From Piromyces finnis finn (taxonomy: Eukaryota; Fungi; Neocallimastigomycota): DNA of 29,516 bases. The notes below the pieces were generated by a model. That model did not search any database and had not been told where the DNA came from. It saw only the letters and a program-made list of their open reading frames with translations. The DNA lies in assembly GCA_002104945.1 (NCBI GenBank), contig MCFH01000135.1, positions 1-29,516 on the forward strand, in the 5' to 3' direction. How positions within the stretch are numbered: the stretch's first letter is position 1; every line of letters begins with the position of its first letter. Below, piece after piece: positions 1 through 16,471 of the stretch. Both the position numbers and the translations under genes were made by a program.

Positions 1-386
1 ATTAAGGAACTTCATATTCATCCTACATCTGTATTATTCAAAAGATCACCGAAATGGGTAATTTTTAATCAAGGTAAATTTTAAAATGGAATATATGCAC
101 TTTAAAAATTTGGATGTATTTTAATTTTTTTTTTTTTTTCTATATATATTATATTTGTATTATTTATTTTATTTAGTTGTTCAAACAACAAAATATTATA
201 TGAGAAGTGTTTCGTTATTGAACCAGAATGGCTTTCCGAATTAGCGTAAATATAGACAATACTATTAATATATTATTATGAAATATAAATAGAAAAATAA
301 TTTACATCTTTTTTTTTTTTTTTTTTTTTTTATTTTATTTTATTATTAGACCACATTTCTATAAGATTAAGGAAACAAAGAAATAA
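1..386 (+). other. Mirror-image copy of the last three exons of the DHX35-like helicase (left palindrome arm)
   Basis: Spliced translation ELHIHPTSVLFKRSPKWVIFNQ / VVQTTKYYMRSVSVIEPEWLSELA / PHFYKIKETKK* is the reverse complement of 3595-3985. Confidence 0.93.
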
Positions 387-885
387 ATGAATAAATTTTG
401 ATTTAAATATAATTTGCTAAATAATTTTTGTAATGACATTTGAATGTAAATAAATGCTTAAAAATAGAAATTAAAAACCATTTTTACAAATTAAATAAAT
501 TCAAATACTTATAAATATAATAGAATAAATAAAAGGTCATTTTTATTATAATTAAACTATTTATTATAAAATACTATATTTACATATATTAAATGTATAT
601 ATATATATTTTATTATTAATATTTTTTTTATTATTTTTATTTTAAAAATATAATGAATACAGTTATCTATAATTTAAATTAGTATTATTGTTATTATTTT
701 TTTTATAAATACTTATTAGCGATTTATTTCATTTTAATAATAGATTTTTTATGCAACAATATAAGTATTGTTTTTTTTTTTTTTTTTTTTTTTGGGAAGT
801 TGAAGTTCATTATTATTTTTAATCAACTGCTTTATTTATTGTTATTAGTTTAATGCTATTGAAAAGAAATAAGAAATTACTCAAT

Positions 886-1915
886 TTACTTTTGGTAGTT
901 TTCCCATCCGACCTTTTCTAATTTATCAACTTTAACTAAAACTTCTTCATTCATATTAGTTGGTATTTAACCATTTTATCTAAGTATTTTGGAATAGAGA
1001 ACCAAGAATACGAAAGCTAATAAAGCAGCATTGTGGAGTTATTGATAGCAACAGTAGCAACTGGGACACCACGCTATATAATTTATATAGAGTATAAATA
1101 AAATAATTTTTTAAGAAGTTATCATCATTAGTTAAATTTATTTTTATTAATAAAAAAAAAATAGCTTTCTAATCATAAAACTATTAAAAATAAATGTTAT
1201 TATACTTACTGGCATTTGAAACAATAGAGTATAAAGAATCAACACCATCAAGAACTCTTAAGGCAACTGGACAACCAATAACTGGAAGTGGAGTAATAGC
1301 AGCAACCATACCTGGAAGGTGAGCAGCACCACCAGCGGCAGCAATAATTAACTTAATACCTCTCTTATGAGCATTCTTTGCTATTCAAACCATTCTTTCT
1401 GGGGTACGGTGAGCAGAAACAATAGAAAGTTCAATGGAACATCAAGTCCTTTAAGATTTGAGCACATGGCTTCATAGTTGGTAAATCGGAATCACTTCCC
1501 ATAATAATAGCAACCATTGGTGAAATGCTGAAGTTTATATTTCTTACCATTTGGCATATGTTTCTAAAAGTTTTTCAACCTTTTCAACAACTTCTGGCAT
1601 GGTATCGGCGTTACAGTGATGTGACCCATCTTTCTACCTTTACGGCATTCACGTTTTACCGTATAAATGAACAGTAGCACCAGGAATAGTCATAGAAGCT
1701 TGGCAAGGACGAAGAGTATCAGCTAAACCTTCTTCACCATTTCCAGTACCGAGAATGTTAACCATAGCAGCGGCACGACTCTCATCTTAGTAGAACCTAA
1801 TGGCATATCTAAATAGCACGAATATGTTGTTCAAATTGTGAAGTTCACAAGATTCAATAGTGTAATGACCAGAATTATGTGGACGTGGAGCAATTCTCGT
1901 TAACGAGAATTTCAC
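886..1915 (-). other. Mirror-image copy of the ADE2 3' exons (left palindrome arm), with its own independent frameshifts
   Basis: Reverse complement of 2052-3088. Contains the [15 protein letters not shown] motif on the minus strand (~1295-1345). Confidence 0.93.
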
Positions 1916-2051
1916 CTTTTTTTATTTTAAAATAATTATTAATATATAATATATATAAAAAAAAAATTAATTCATAATTTCTAAAAACAGATGTTTTTAT
2001 TTTAATTTTATATATTATTATATATTAATAATTATTTTAAAATAAAAAAAG

Positions 2052-3088
2052 GTGAAATTCTCGTTAACGAAATTGCTCCACGTCCACATAATTCTGGTCA
2101 TTACACTATTGAATCTTGTGAAACTTCACAATTTGAACAACATATTCGTGCTATTTTAGATATGCCATTAGGTTCTACTAAGATGAGAGTCGGTGCCGCT
2201 GCTATGGTTAACATTCTCGGTACTGGAAATGGTGAAGAAGGTTTAGCTGATACTCTTCGTCCTTGCCAAGCTTCTATGACTATTCCTGGTGCTACTGTTC
2301 ATTTATACGGTAAACGTGAATGCCGTAAAGGTAGAAAGATGGGTCACATCACTGTAACCGCCGATACCATGCCAGAAGTTGTTGAAAAGGTTGAAAAACT
2401 TTAGAAATATGCCAAATGGTAAGAAATAAATAACTTCAGCATTTACCAATGGTTGCTATTATTATGGGTAGTGATTCCGATTTACCAACTATGAAGCCAT
2501 GTGCTCAAATCTTAAAGGACTTTGAGATGTTCCATTTGGAACTTTCTATTGTTTCTGCTCACCGTACCCCAGAAGAATGGTTGAATATGCAAAGAATGCT
2601 CATAAGAGAGGTATTAAGTTAATTATTGCTGCCGCTGGTGGTGCTGCTCACCTTCCAGGTATGGTTGCTGCTATTACTCCACTTCCAGTTATTGGTTGTC
2701 CAGTTGCCTTAAGAGTTCTTGATGGTGTTGATTCTTTATACTCTATTGTTCAAATGCCAGTAAGTATAATAACATTTATTTTTAATAGTTTTATGATTAG
2801 AAAGCTATTTTTTTTTTTATTAATAAAAATAAATTTAACTAATGATGATAACTTCTTAAAAAATTATTTTATTTATACTCTATATAAATTATATAGCGTG
2901 GTGTCCCAGTTGCTACTGTTGCTATCAATAACTCCACCAATGCTGCTTTATTAGCTGTTCGTATTCTTGGTTCTTCTATTCCAAAATACTTAGATAAAAT
3001 GGTTAAATACCAAACTAATATGAATGAAGAAGTTTTAGTTAAAGTTGATAAATTAGAAAAGGTCGGATGGGAAAACTACCAAAAGTAA
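2052..3088 (+). CDS. ADE2: Phosphoribosylaminoimidazole carboxylase (fungal PurK-PurE fusion), 3' portion only; 5' exons cut off at the palindrome centre; one intron 2760-2896
   Basis: PurK-type motifs [14 protein letters not shown] and HLYGK...RKMGHIT, followed by PurE motifs [39 protein letters not shown]|[20 protein letters not shown]. Stop TAA at 3086-3088. A few 1-nt indels lie between 2400 and 2580. Confidence 0.95.
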
Positions 3089-3594
3089 ATTGAGTAATTT
3101 CTTATTTCTTTTCAATAGCATTAAACTAATAACAATAAATAAAGCAGTTGATTAAAAATAATAATGAACTTCAACTTCCCAAAAAAAAAAAAAAAAAAAA
3201 AAAACAATACTTATATTGTTGCATAAAAAATCTATTATTAAAATGAAATAAATCGCTAATAAGTATTTATAAAAAAAATAATAACAATAATACTAATTTA
3301 AATTATAGATAACTGTATTCATTATATTTTTAAAAATAAAAAATAATAAAAAAAATATTAATAATAAAATATATATATATACATTTAAATATATGTAAAT
3401 ATAAGTATTTTATAATAAATAGTTTAATTATAATAAAAATGACCTTTTATTTTATTCTATTATATTTATAAGTATTTTGAATTTATTTAATTTGTAAAAA
3501 TGGTTTTTAATTTCTATTTTTAAGCATTTATTTACATTCAAATGTCATTACAAAAATTATTTAGCAAATTATATTTAAATCAAAATTTATTCAT

Positions 3595-7245
<3,651 letters not shown>

Positions 7246-7663
7246 ATTAGTTTAATATTGATCTGAATATAATGTATTATCTATAATAAATTCTCTATTC
7301 TTTATCATATTTATATATTAAATTTTATATTATTAAAAATTGATATTATAACAAATAATTCTATTATTTAATTAATAATAATTAAAATTTTGTATTTAAT
7401 TTTTATTCTTAATATTAATTTATGATTTATATACATATTTAGTTATTCAAAATGTATTTTTTTTTTTATAATTATATATTATATAATATAATATAATATA
7501 TTTAAATATAAATTACATCCAATCATTTATGTCTATTATTGAAGATTTAAATTTAATAAAATGTTTTTTTTTTTTTTTGATACTACACTACATACTGTTA
7601 TTATTAAATCAACACATAATCTTTTTTTTTCTACTTTATTAATAATAAAAGTATAAAAAAAAA
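7246..7663. promoter_or_regulatory. Putative bidirectional promoter region between the divergent DHX35 and LeuRS genes
   Basis: Only ~420 bp of nearly pure A/T separate the two start codons (7245 on minus, 7664 on plus). Inferred from gene geometry; no specific element identified. Confidence 0.45.
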
Positions 7664-10600
7664 ATGGCAACTGAAAAAGAGAACCAAAAGGAGTAAGAGA
7701 AAAAATAAAAAATAATAATAAAAGGCTTTTATAAAAAAATAATAATGAATTTAATTTTTAAAAATGAATTTATATTTTATTTTATTTATTTTATTTTACT
7801 GTTATGCAATGATTCATAATAATAAGATAAATTTGGATTTATTTTTATTTACTAAAAATAAAATAAAAATATAATTAGTTGAATATAAATATATTAATAG
7901 TAAATGTTTATATAAAATTAAATGAAATTTAGACAGCTAAAAGAGATACACTTCGTGATATCGAAGTTGAAATGCAAAAATATTGGTATGAAAACAAGAT
8001 TTTCGAAGCCAATGCTCCAAAAGAAGGTGAAGAAAAGCAACCAAAGTTTATGGCAACTTTCCCATTCCCATATATGAATGGTCGTCTTCACTTAGGTCAT
8101 TCTTTCTCTTTATCTAAGGTTGAATTTGCCATTGGTTATGAAAGATTAAAGGGTAAACGTACTCTTTTCCCATTTGGTTTCCACTGTACTGGTATGCCAA
8201 TTAAGGTAATAATATTTATTAAACATTTTCTATTTAATATTTAATATTTATTTTAAGAAAATCAAAATTTGAAATTTTGAAAGATATAATTATTACAAAT
8301 AATTAATATAATATAAAATTTTATAATAAAGGCTTGTGCTGATAAACTTAAAAATGAAATCGAATTATTCGGTCAAAACTTCGAAAAGTTCTACGGTAAA
8401 TGTTACATAATTATTTAATATGTTTTTATATTTTTATATTTTACATTTAAATGTTAATCAAAAAATATATTATAAATAATGATAAAAAAAATAATAAAAA
8501 GAACAACAAAAAGAAGAAGCTGAAGAACAAGCTAAAGAAGAATCTGTAACAAGCCAAAGGTATGAAATTAAAATAGTAAAAATTTAAATCCATGGAATTT
8601 ACATTAAAGTTTTGTATTAATCTATTTTATATATATATATAGTATTAATAGCATAGTAAAGTTGCTGCTAAGTCTGGTAGTTACAAATATCAATTCCAAA
8701 ACTATGTTATCCTTAGGTATTCCAATGAAGAAATTCACAAGTTCGCTGATCCAGTTTATTGGTATACTACTTCCCACCACGCGCTATTGTAAGTTTTTAA
8801 ATAATAAAATTATATTTTCAATAAAAGTAAAATCTTATTGAAGAGAAAATTAAATTATATCCTTAAAAAATAGGATGATCTTAAAGACTTTGGTGTTAAG
8901 GTTGACTGGCGTCGTTCCTTCATCACAACTGATGTTAACCCATACTACGATTCCTTTGTCAGATGGCAATTCAATAGACTTAAGAACCACGAAAAGCCAA
9001 AGATTAAGTTCGGTGAAAGATACACTATTTACTCTATAAAGGATGGCCAAGCTTGTATGGATCATGATCGTAGTACTGGTGAAGTGTTGGTGTTCAAGAT
9101 ACACTGGTATTAAGCTTGAAATTATTCAAGATGAAATTACAAAGCCAGCTAGTGAAAAGGATACTTATGATGGTGTTCCAGTTTGGTGATCTTCTTTCTA
9201 AGAACATTAATAAATTCGGTGGCCGTAGCTTTATATGGTTGCTGCTACTTTAAGACCAGAAACTATGTATGGTCAAAACTAACTGTTTCGTTGGTGTTGA
9301 TATTGAATACGGTGTTTACCAAGTTAACGATAAGGAATGCTGGATTTGTACTGAACGTGCTGCTAAAAACATGCTTACCAAGGTTTATTCGAAAAGGAGA
9401 GGTGAAATTATTAAGTTATTAGACTTAAGGGTAGTGACTTAGTTGGTATCCCATTAAAGGCTCCATTAACCTCTTATGAAAAAGTTACATTTACCTATGG
9501 AAGGTGTCTCTCCAAAGAAGGTAATAAAAATTATTGAATACTATATTAATTTTTTTTAAGTTTATAAAATAAATTCTAATAATATTATAATATTTTAAAA
9601 AAAAAAATTACTATTATTAAAAATGAAATGATTTATAGGGTACTGGTGTTGTTACTTCTGTTCCATCAGATGCTCCAGCTGATTACATTACTTTACAAGA
9701 CTTAAGAAAAGCATGAATACTACAAAATTGATCTTAAGTGGGTTGAAGGTTTTGAACCAATTCAATTATTAAAACTCCAAACTTTGGTGATTTAGCCGCT
9801 AAAACTGCTTGTGAAAAACTTAAAGATTAGAAGTCAAAAAAGATAAACAACAATTAGAAACAGCTAAGGAACAAGTTTACAAAGAAGTTTCTACTCTGGT
9901 TCTTTAATTGTTGGTAAATACGCTGGTAAATCAGTTCAAGAAGCTAAAAATATTATTAAAAAGGAATGGTTGAAGAAGGTTTACTATTACCTACTGTGAA
10001 CCAGAAGGTCTCGTCATCAGTCGTAGTGTGATGAATGTATTGTTAGTTTAATGGACCAATGGTTCTTAGATTATGGAGAAGCAACCTGGAAGTCTCAAGC
10101 TGAAAAGTGTTTAGCTCAAATGAATACTTCAGTGAAGAAACTAGAAATGCTTTCCAAAAGACTCTTGACTGGCTCAACCAATGGCTTGTTCAAGAAGCTT
10201 TGGTTTAGGTTCTCGTTTACCATGGGATCCACAATATTTAATTGAAAGTTTAAGTGATTCTACCATTTACATGGCTTATTACACTGTTGCTCATATGCTT
10301 CAACATGGAGCTCTTGATGGCTCTAAGTTGGTCTTGCTGGAATTAAGGCTGAAGAACTTACTGAATCAGTTTGGGATTACATATTTATGGATGATGCTCC
10401 ATTCCCAGAAACTTCTATCCCAAGGAAAATTAGATTCTATTCGTCGTGAATTCCAATACTTCTATCCATTAGATTTACGTTGTTCCGGTAAGGATTTGGT
10501 TACCAATCACTTAACTTTCTCATTTACAACCACGTTGCTTTATTCCCAGAAAAATACTGGCCAAAGGGTGTCGTTCTAATGGTCACTTACTTCTTAACTC

Positions 10601-11637
10601 TGAAAAGATGTCTAAGAGTACTGGTAACTTCATTACTCTTAGTCAAGCTATTCAAAAATTCGGTGCTGATGCTACTCGTATTGCCCTTGCTGATGCTGGT
10701 GACACTATGGATGATGCTAACTTCGTTGAAGATAATGCCAATGCCGCCATTCTTCGTCTTTACACTCAAAAAAGAATGGATGGAAGAATTATTAAGGGTA
10801 TTTGAAGAAGGTAAATTCCGTGAAGGTGAATACAACTTCAATGATCATGTATTCGAAAACGAAATCAATAAATTCATCCTCGCAGCCGATTCAGCTTACT
10901 CTAATATGTTACTATCGTGATGCCTTAAAGTACAGTTTCTTCGAATTACAAAGTTCTCGTGACCGTTACCGTGATGCTTGTGCTGATGAAAATATGCACA
11001 AGGATCTCCTTATGCGCTTTATTGAAGTTCAAGCTCTTTTATTAGAACCAATTGCTACTCACTTTGCTGAATACATTTGGAGAGTCTTCTTAAGAAGAAG
11101 GTACTATTACTACCGCTAAATATCCAGAAATTACTAAGCCAGTGATGAAGGGTTTTACATGCTTCAGCTTACATCCGTGATTTAATTCGTGATATTCGTG
11201 TTGATGAACAAAATGCTCAAAAGAAAAGAAGAAGGGACCACGTTAACTTAACTTCTAAGAATGCTAAATTATTTGTTGCTCTTAAGTACCCAGACTGCAA
11301 GAAGAAATGTTGCCATTCTCAAGAATTGGGATGAAGAATCAAAGTCTTCACTAAGAACGAAAAGGAAGCTTTAGCTAAAAGGGATTATTAAAAACAAAAA
11401 TTATGCCATTCATTGCTGCTTTAAAGAAAAACGTCATCAACAACGGTTCTCATGCTTTGATCGTAGACTTTGATTGAAGAAATGGAATTTAGAAGAAAAT
11501 AAAAAGCTTATTCTTCGTTCTCTTAACCTTGAAAATATACCATTGTTAATAATGGTAAGTTACTGAAGAAAACTCCACTCAAGACGAATTAGAAAAGCTT
11601 CTAGTTTCCAGGAAAACCAATGTTCATTCGTGTTTAA
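7664..11637 (+). CDS. CDC60: Cytosolic leucyl-tRNA synthetase (6 introns in the 5' half, ~2-kb last exon); many 1-nt indels, probably sequencing errors
   Basis: [14 protein letters not shown] (HIGH-type motif, HLGH at 8089-8100), [24 protein letters not shown], editing-domain [15 protein letters not shown] (from 9639, catalytic Asp retained), [38 protein letters not shown] (10605-10619), [14 protein letters not shown]. Stop TAA at 11635-11637. Confidence 0.97.
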
Positions 11638-13215
11638 TTCTATAATTAAAAAAAAAAAAAAAAAAGACATAATATTTATAGAAATAAAACAATTTTCTTG
11701 AATTATTTCAAAAAGAAGAAAAAAAAAAAAAAAAAAATATGATTTTTAATTTATAATAAAAATAATATAATAAAGCAATCATAAAAGCATAACATATAAA
11801 ACAACATAATCATTATTGTTGTATTTATATATATATATTCAAATTGTATTTAAAGAAACAACAACAAAAAAAAATAAAAAAAAATAAATAATAAATATGC
11901 AAGATAAATCAATAAAAATATTATAATATAAAATAAGTAATAATTATTAAGAATGTTGTGTTAATTCTAATGTAAATAATTTGTTTGTGTTGAATATTAT
12001 CTGTATTATATAGATATATATATATATATTATATATATATATTTAATTTATTTATTTATTAAAAATTATCTTAAATATAATTTTAATTATAATAATTGAA
12101 TTTTTACATATTTAAATTTTTGGTTTATTCTAAATAAACAGTAGTCTGTGCAACTAATAGAAATTATATTTTAACTAATAATTAAATAATAAATTTAATC
12201 TTTGAGACTTAGTTTCATTGAAATCATATACAATTATACTAGAAGTGTGTTATAGTAGCCTTCTTACTTTAATTAAAATTACTAGAATATATTTACTTTT
12301 TTTTTTTTTTTATTCATTTGTTTTAATTAAATTTACTTTTAAATACATATGTATTATATTTTAATTAAAATAATAATAATAATAAGCTTTAAAATGTTGT
12401 AACTATTAATTTTTTTTGTTTTTTTGATTTTATTAATGTTATTTACGAATCTTATATTTCATACATAAAGTTTTACAGCTTTTTATAGGTTCAATAAAAC
12501 ACTTTACGTACTAAATATATATTCCATACAAAAAAATCGGATGGTTAAAAATTCAACAAATAATAAAACCGTAAGGTTTATTTTATTTATTTTTATTTTA
12601 TATATTTGTTATTTTTATTATTAACATTATTATCTAATGCAATGTAATATTAAAATATAAATCAAATTAATTCAAAAGATATATTTAAACCTTCCATAAA
12701 TAAATAAAATAATACAATCAAGTATTTTATAAATTTATTCAATTATTTGTAATCATTTTTATATATTACAATAAATATTTGTAAATTTTATCTTTATAGA
12801 GTTTAAATTGTATTAATTATTATTTAATTAATTTCATAATATATTTAAAATAAACCAAATGAATAATTATTTATTATAAAATTGTAATAATTGAGTAAAA
12901 ATGAGAAATATGAGAAAAAAAAAAATTATTAAAATTAATCTAACCATCAAAATTATTACCTAACCTTTCAAAAATAAAGTATATAATGGAATAAGTTACA
13001 CAAACAATGAATGAAATTTTAACTTAATTTTAAAAAGGATAAAATAATATTATTTTATTTTAAATAAATATTAATATATTTTTAAATATATTAATTATAT
13101 GTGTAATAATCTTTAATCTCTTTTATAAAATATTTAAAATCTTTAATTCAAAATTGAGTATTTATTTATTTTATATTTTTATTTGTAAAATTTATAATAA
13201 AAATAAAAATTACGA

Positions 13216-15003
13216 ATGAATAATAAGAGGATTCAAAATTTTTTAAATGAAAATATTCCTGAATGGTTTGAAAAGAGCGTATGCAGACTCTATTTACTGC
13301 TTTTCGTGAAGTTAAAGATAAAATTATGATAAATTTTTATTGATTCTAATAATGATAAAGTATTTTTTTGGAAAAATTTAATTTTTTGCTGCAACAAGAA
13401 AATATTAAATCAAAATGACAATTTATTAACTTTTCCAGGAAAAATTTAGATCAAATTTTGTTCGTAATGGTTTAACCCTTCATGTATTGGTTCTGATCGT
13501 TAAGTGATATATTATAATTTTTAATTATTATTTTTAGTTATTATTTTATTATATATTTAATGTTAAATTGTAAATGACTATTTATTTTTTTTTTTATTAG
13601 AATGAATTACAAAAAAATGGTAAATAATGGAATTAAATAATTATAAAGTCTTACTGATTGGAAACTTATTAAGTTGATATTAGTCCGATACTTGGGATTT
13701 TCAAAAATACTTGGAGTTAATGATAGTAGTAATTCTGAATTAAAAGATGATTTATCTTAACATTACAATTTTAAAGGTATTAGGAAGAATGTTAATTTAA
13801 TATCTATTATTAATTTATATAATATTAATTATTGTGTTATTTTATTATAATTTAATAGCAAATATGTAAGAAATTTTAAATTCACATTATAATTTAATTA
13901 TAAAATTGATAATTTAATAACTAAAAATAATTTTATAAAAATACAAAAACAATTAATTTAAATGACAAAATTTTAACATTATCAGAATTTGATATTGAAA
14001 TAATATTAAATCAATTACAAAGGATAATAACATAAGTTTAATGATTCAAGATGATATAACTGTAAGTATGAATATTTTATTTTATTATTACATTTTCTAA
14101 TATTTTTCTAATATAAATATGTGATTAATTGTTTATTGTTATTGTTAATATTAATATATAATAAATTCAGATGTTAAAATTTAAAGAAAAGAATTCTAAA
14201 AATAAAATATTGAATTCAGTAGTAGTGATATAAATATTTTAAATTAAAAAAATCAATTGAAATGATTTCAAATCTTAAACAAGATGAAGATAAAAAGATA
14301 GGTAAATAAATATACATAAGTTGATAAACATTTATATTATACTTAAATTTATTATATAATTATTCTTTTGAATTAGCATCCAGGCTAGGGTTATGAAATG
14401 TATTGTAAATAAACAAAAAGTTCAGGCTTTATATTATTAAAGGAAAAGAAATAATACAATTATTCATTGAAAAGAAAATGTCTTCTATAACACTTACAAA
14501 TATTTTATTAAAGATTCAATCTTGTGAAAGCAATAATGACGTAAGTATTATTAAAATTGACAATATGATAATATATTATATAAAGCCATTAAACTTTTGT
14601 AGCTAAAAATCATATATTTTTATAAAAGATTTTGAATGCTATGAAACTGGGTTCAGATACATTAAAGCAATTTATTGAAAGAAGAATTTATCTGTTGATA
14701 GAATTGATGATGTTTTTACTTATATTGAAAATACTTTAATGGACTTTGATGAAATTGAGTCTTCTATTAAACAAAATCAATCAGTAATTAATAATAGTGA
14801 TGAAGAATTTGAAAGAACTTGATAAATTACTTAAAGAAGAATCGCTAAAAAGAATAATACATTGAATATTATAAAATCTCAACATGAAGAAAATAAATTG
14901 AAAATAAAATTGAATCAACTGATACATCTATTGACTTTATTCAAAAAATAATGAATTTAAAAAATTAAAAGAAAAAATATCAGCAATAGCAATATATATA
15001 TAA
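13216..15003 (+). CDS. CHMP7: CHMP7/Chm7-like ESCRT-II/III hybrid protein (N-terminal winged-helix region plus Snf7 domain); frameshifted; end approximate
   Basis: Frameshift-corrected PEWFEKERMQTLFTAFRE...KVFFWKNLI...RNGLTPSCIG resembles the CHMP7 start (PEWE..ERMSFLFSAF...KMGFW). The 3' exons give a Snf7-like helical region (ALYYIK..K...LTNILLKIQSCESN...VDRIDDV...DFDEIE...DEELEEELDKLLKEE). Confidence 0.8.
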
Positions 15004-15379
15004 ATCACTAAATATTTAATTTTCATTATATAAAATAGTTTATAATATTATATTAATATAATTAAGAAAAATATTCATTTATAGATATATTTCAAAATTT
15101 TTTTAATATGTAAATCAAAATATTAATAATTTAATATAACTATTTATTTTTTTTTTCTTCATAATCATTATAAATATTTTTCATAACTATAAATTAAACT
15201 AAAAAAAAAAAAAAGGAAAAAAAATTACATGAAAAATAAATGTTGAATTTTTGTAAAAGGAAAATAAGTATATTTATATATATAATAATAAATTATTTTT
15301 TTGATATTTAAATTTAACTGAAAATTAAACATAAATAATAATATATACGAGAGCATATTTAAAATTTGAATACTTATTT

Positions 15380-15848
15380 CTAATGATTATTATTGTGACA
15401 ACATTTACCCTTTTTTTTGTATTTGTTGCTTTCATATGCATTTGGTTATATCATCATCAGACTCGAACTTGATTCTGAGGAAGAATCATCAAAGTTTCTT
15501 GGTTTAAAATAGATACAGCAAACTAATATTATTTATCAAATAAGAGGTTAATAAATATATATATATTTTATTTTATTTCTTATTTAAATATAATATTATT
15601 TATATTATATGTATATTTATTTTAATAAAAATTATATTATTATATATAAACTATAAAAATATATACTTTTGATTTTTTCTTTCCCATATTTTCATTATCT
15701 ATAGTTTCATTTGTCCAACGAACATGTCTTTCATTTTCATTTTCTCCATGTAATATTAATTCCTGTAATTTGATTATGTTGATGTTGATTGCTCAATTAT
15801 AATAGTTTCTGTTGCTATCTGATTTTGAATATTATTTTCTTCTTCCAT
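15380..15848 (-). CDS. YPI1: Protein phosphatase 1 inhibitor 3 (Ypi1/PPP1R11 family), 1 intron
   Basis: RHVRWTNETIDNENMGKKKSK|(V)CCIYFKPRNFDDSSSES...PNAYEKQ matches the family signature (RVxW motif, KSKVCCIY, PNAYE). Stop TAG at 15380-15382. A few indels. Confidence 0.87.
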
Positions 15849-16471
15849 TTTTAATTTTATAATGCTTCATTATTTTAATTTTTAGAAATTTATATAATTA
15901 ACGAATAAGTTAGAAATATCTTTATTTCAAATATATATAATATAGTATTTACTTTATTTCTCCGTATACTATATATAATTAATACAGTTTAATTATTGAA
16001 TAAATTTGAAATGTATTTATTTTTAAAATAATAATATTTTATATTTTATATATTTATATACAAGGAAACTTTCAAAATATATAAAAATAAAGAAATACAA
16101 TTTTAATATCTGTTATTTAAATGTGTTATTAAATATCAAAATTTTAAATATAAAAACTTTAAATTAATAAATTATTTCAAAAGGATTAGGAAAAAAAATG
16201 GATAAGGTTCCATTTATTTTTTATATAGAGATATTATTAATTAAAATAATTAATTAATTTATAATATATATAAATTCGTTTATTTTCTTACTTTATATAC
16301 AATATTCCATTTCTTTGTATTAAAACATTTCATTATTTTTAATTTATCTTATTTTATTCAAAAATGCAATCGAATTAAATTTGATAGCGTAATACTTTAA
16401 AAAAAGCAAATAAAATATATATATATTTTTTAATAAAATATTTAAGAGTAGGAAAATTTTGATTTTTAGAA
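15849..16471. promoter_or_regulatory. Putative bidirectional promoter region between the divergent YPI1 and Ank-RCC1-BTB genes
   Basis: ~620-bp AT-rich spacer between head-to-head starts. Inferred from geometry only. Confidence 0.4.

Noticed and set aside
886-3088. Genuine inverted duplication of ADE2 or a natural hairpin-RNA (RNAi) locus
   Set aside because: There is no promoter or 5' exon on either arm, and arm differences are homopolymer indels rather than evolutionary substitutions, so a fold-back artefact is far more parsimonious.
8850-10841. Minus-strand ORFs 8850-9104 and 10587-10841, and off-frame ORFs 9183-9422 and 10579-10920
   Set aside because: They are antisense or alternate-frame shadows of LeuRS exons produced by locally higher GC and frameshifts.
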